NCBI RefSeq assembly: GCF_006345805.1
Contig: NC_043010.1
Coordinates: forward strand, 26,784,001 to 26,848,000
Reading direction: 5' to 3'
Source: Octopus sinensis
Lineage: Eukaryota
DNA: 64,000 nucleotides
Shown here in pieces: positions 63,741-64,000 of this stretch (within the stretch, counting starts at the first letter, position 1; each line of letters starts with the position of its first letter). Below the pieces are notes generated by a model. That model had not been told where the DNA came from. It made no database searches and was given only the letters and a program-made list of their open reading frames with translations. Both the position numbers and the translations under genes were made by a program.

Positions 63741-64000
63741 TTTACTCTTTTACTCTTCTACTTGTTTCAGTCATTTGACTGTGGCCATGTTGGAGCACCG
63801 CCTTTAGTCAAGCAAATCGACCCCAGGACTTATTCTATTGGTCTCTTTTGCCAAACCGCTAAGCTATGGGGACATAAACACACCAGCATCGGTTGTCAAG
63901 CTATGTTGGGGAGACAAACACAGACACACAAACATATACACACACACATATATATATATGACAGGCTTCTTTCAGTTTCTGTCTACCAAATCCACTCACA
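63741..64000 (-). mobile_element. SINE family 1, 3' part (cut by window end)
   Basis: tactcttttactcttctacttgtttcagtcatttgactgtggcc tail and body. Confidence 0.85.

Overview
Eukaryotic, repeat-saturated, essentially non-genic DNA. I could not identify any host protein-coding gene; nearly all long ORFs in the track are microsatellite artefacts or transposon remnants. The repeat landscape (dense (AT)n/(CA)n/(AAT)n/(GAT)n tracts, tRNA-headed SINEs, RTE LINE 3' ends) resembles an octopus/coleoid cephalopod intron or intergenic region, which is an inference. Recognisable elements: a near-intact RTE LINE (35067-38660, one reading frame with 3 stops and a PHD-like finger inside the RT); a second BovB-like RTE (39080-42330); a CR1 3' fragment; two R4/Dong-like 3' ends; three near full-length Tc1/mariner-superfamily elements (one DD37D, one DD34D, one Hsmar1-like); mariner MITEs; Helitron/Helentron-like non-autonomous elements; and many SINEs. 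The most notable unannotated signal is several families of minimal, mostly CpG-decayed hammerhead-ribozyme motifs in Penelope-like terminal repeats. They occur as a 471-nt-spaced direct-repeat pair with no ORF between them (retrozyme-like, 34454-35049), as a tRNA-headed hammerhead element (44800-45153), and as head-to-head inverted pairs whose 3' tails always point outward. All folds were done by eye and none was computed or tested.
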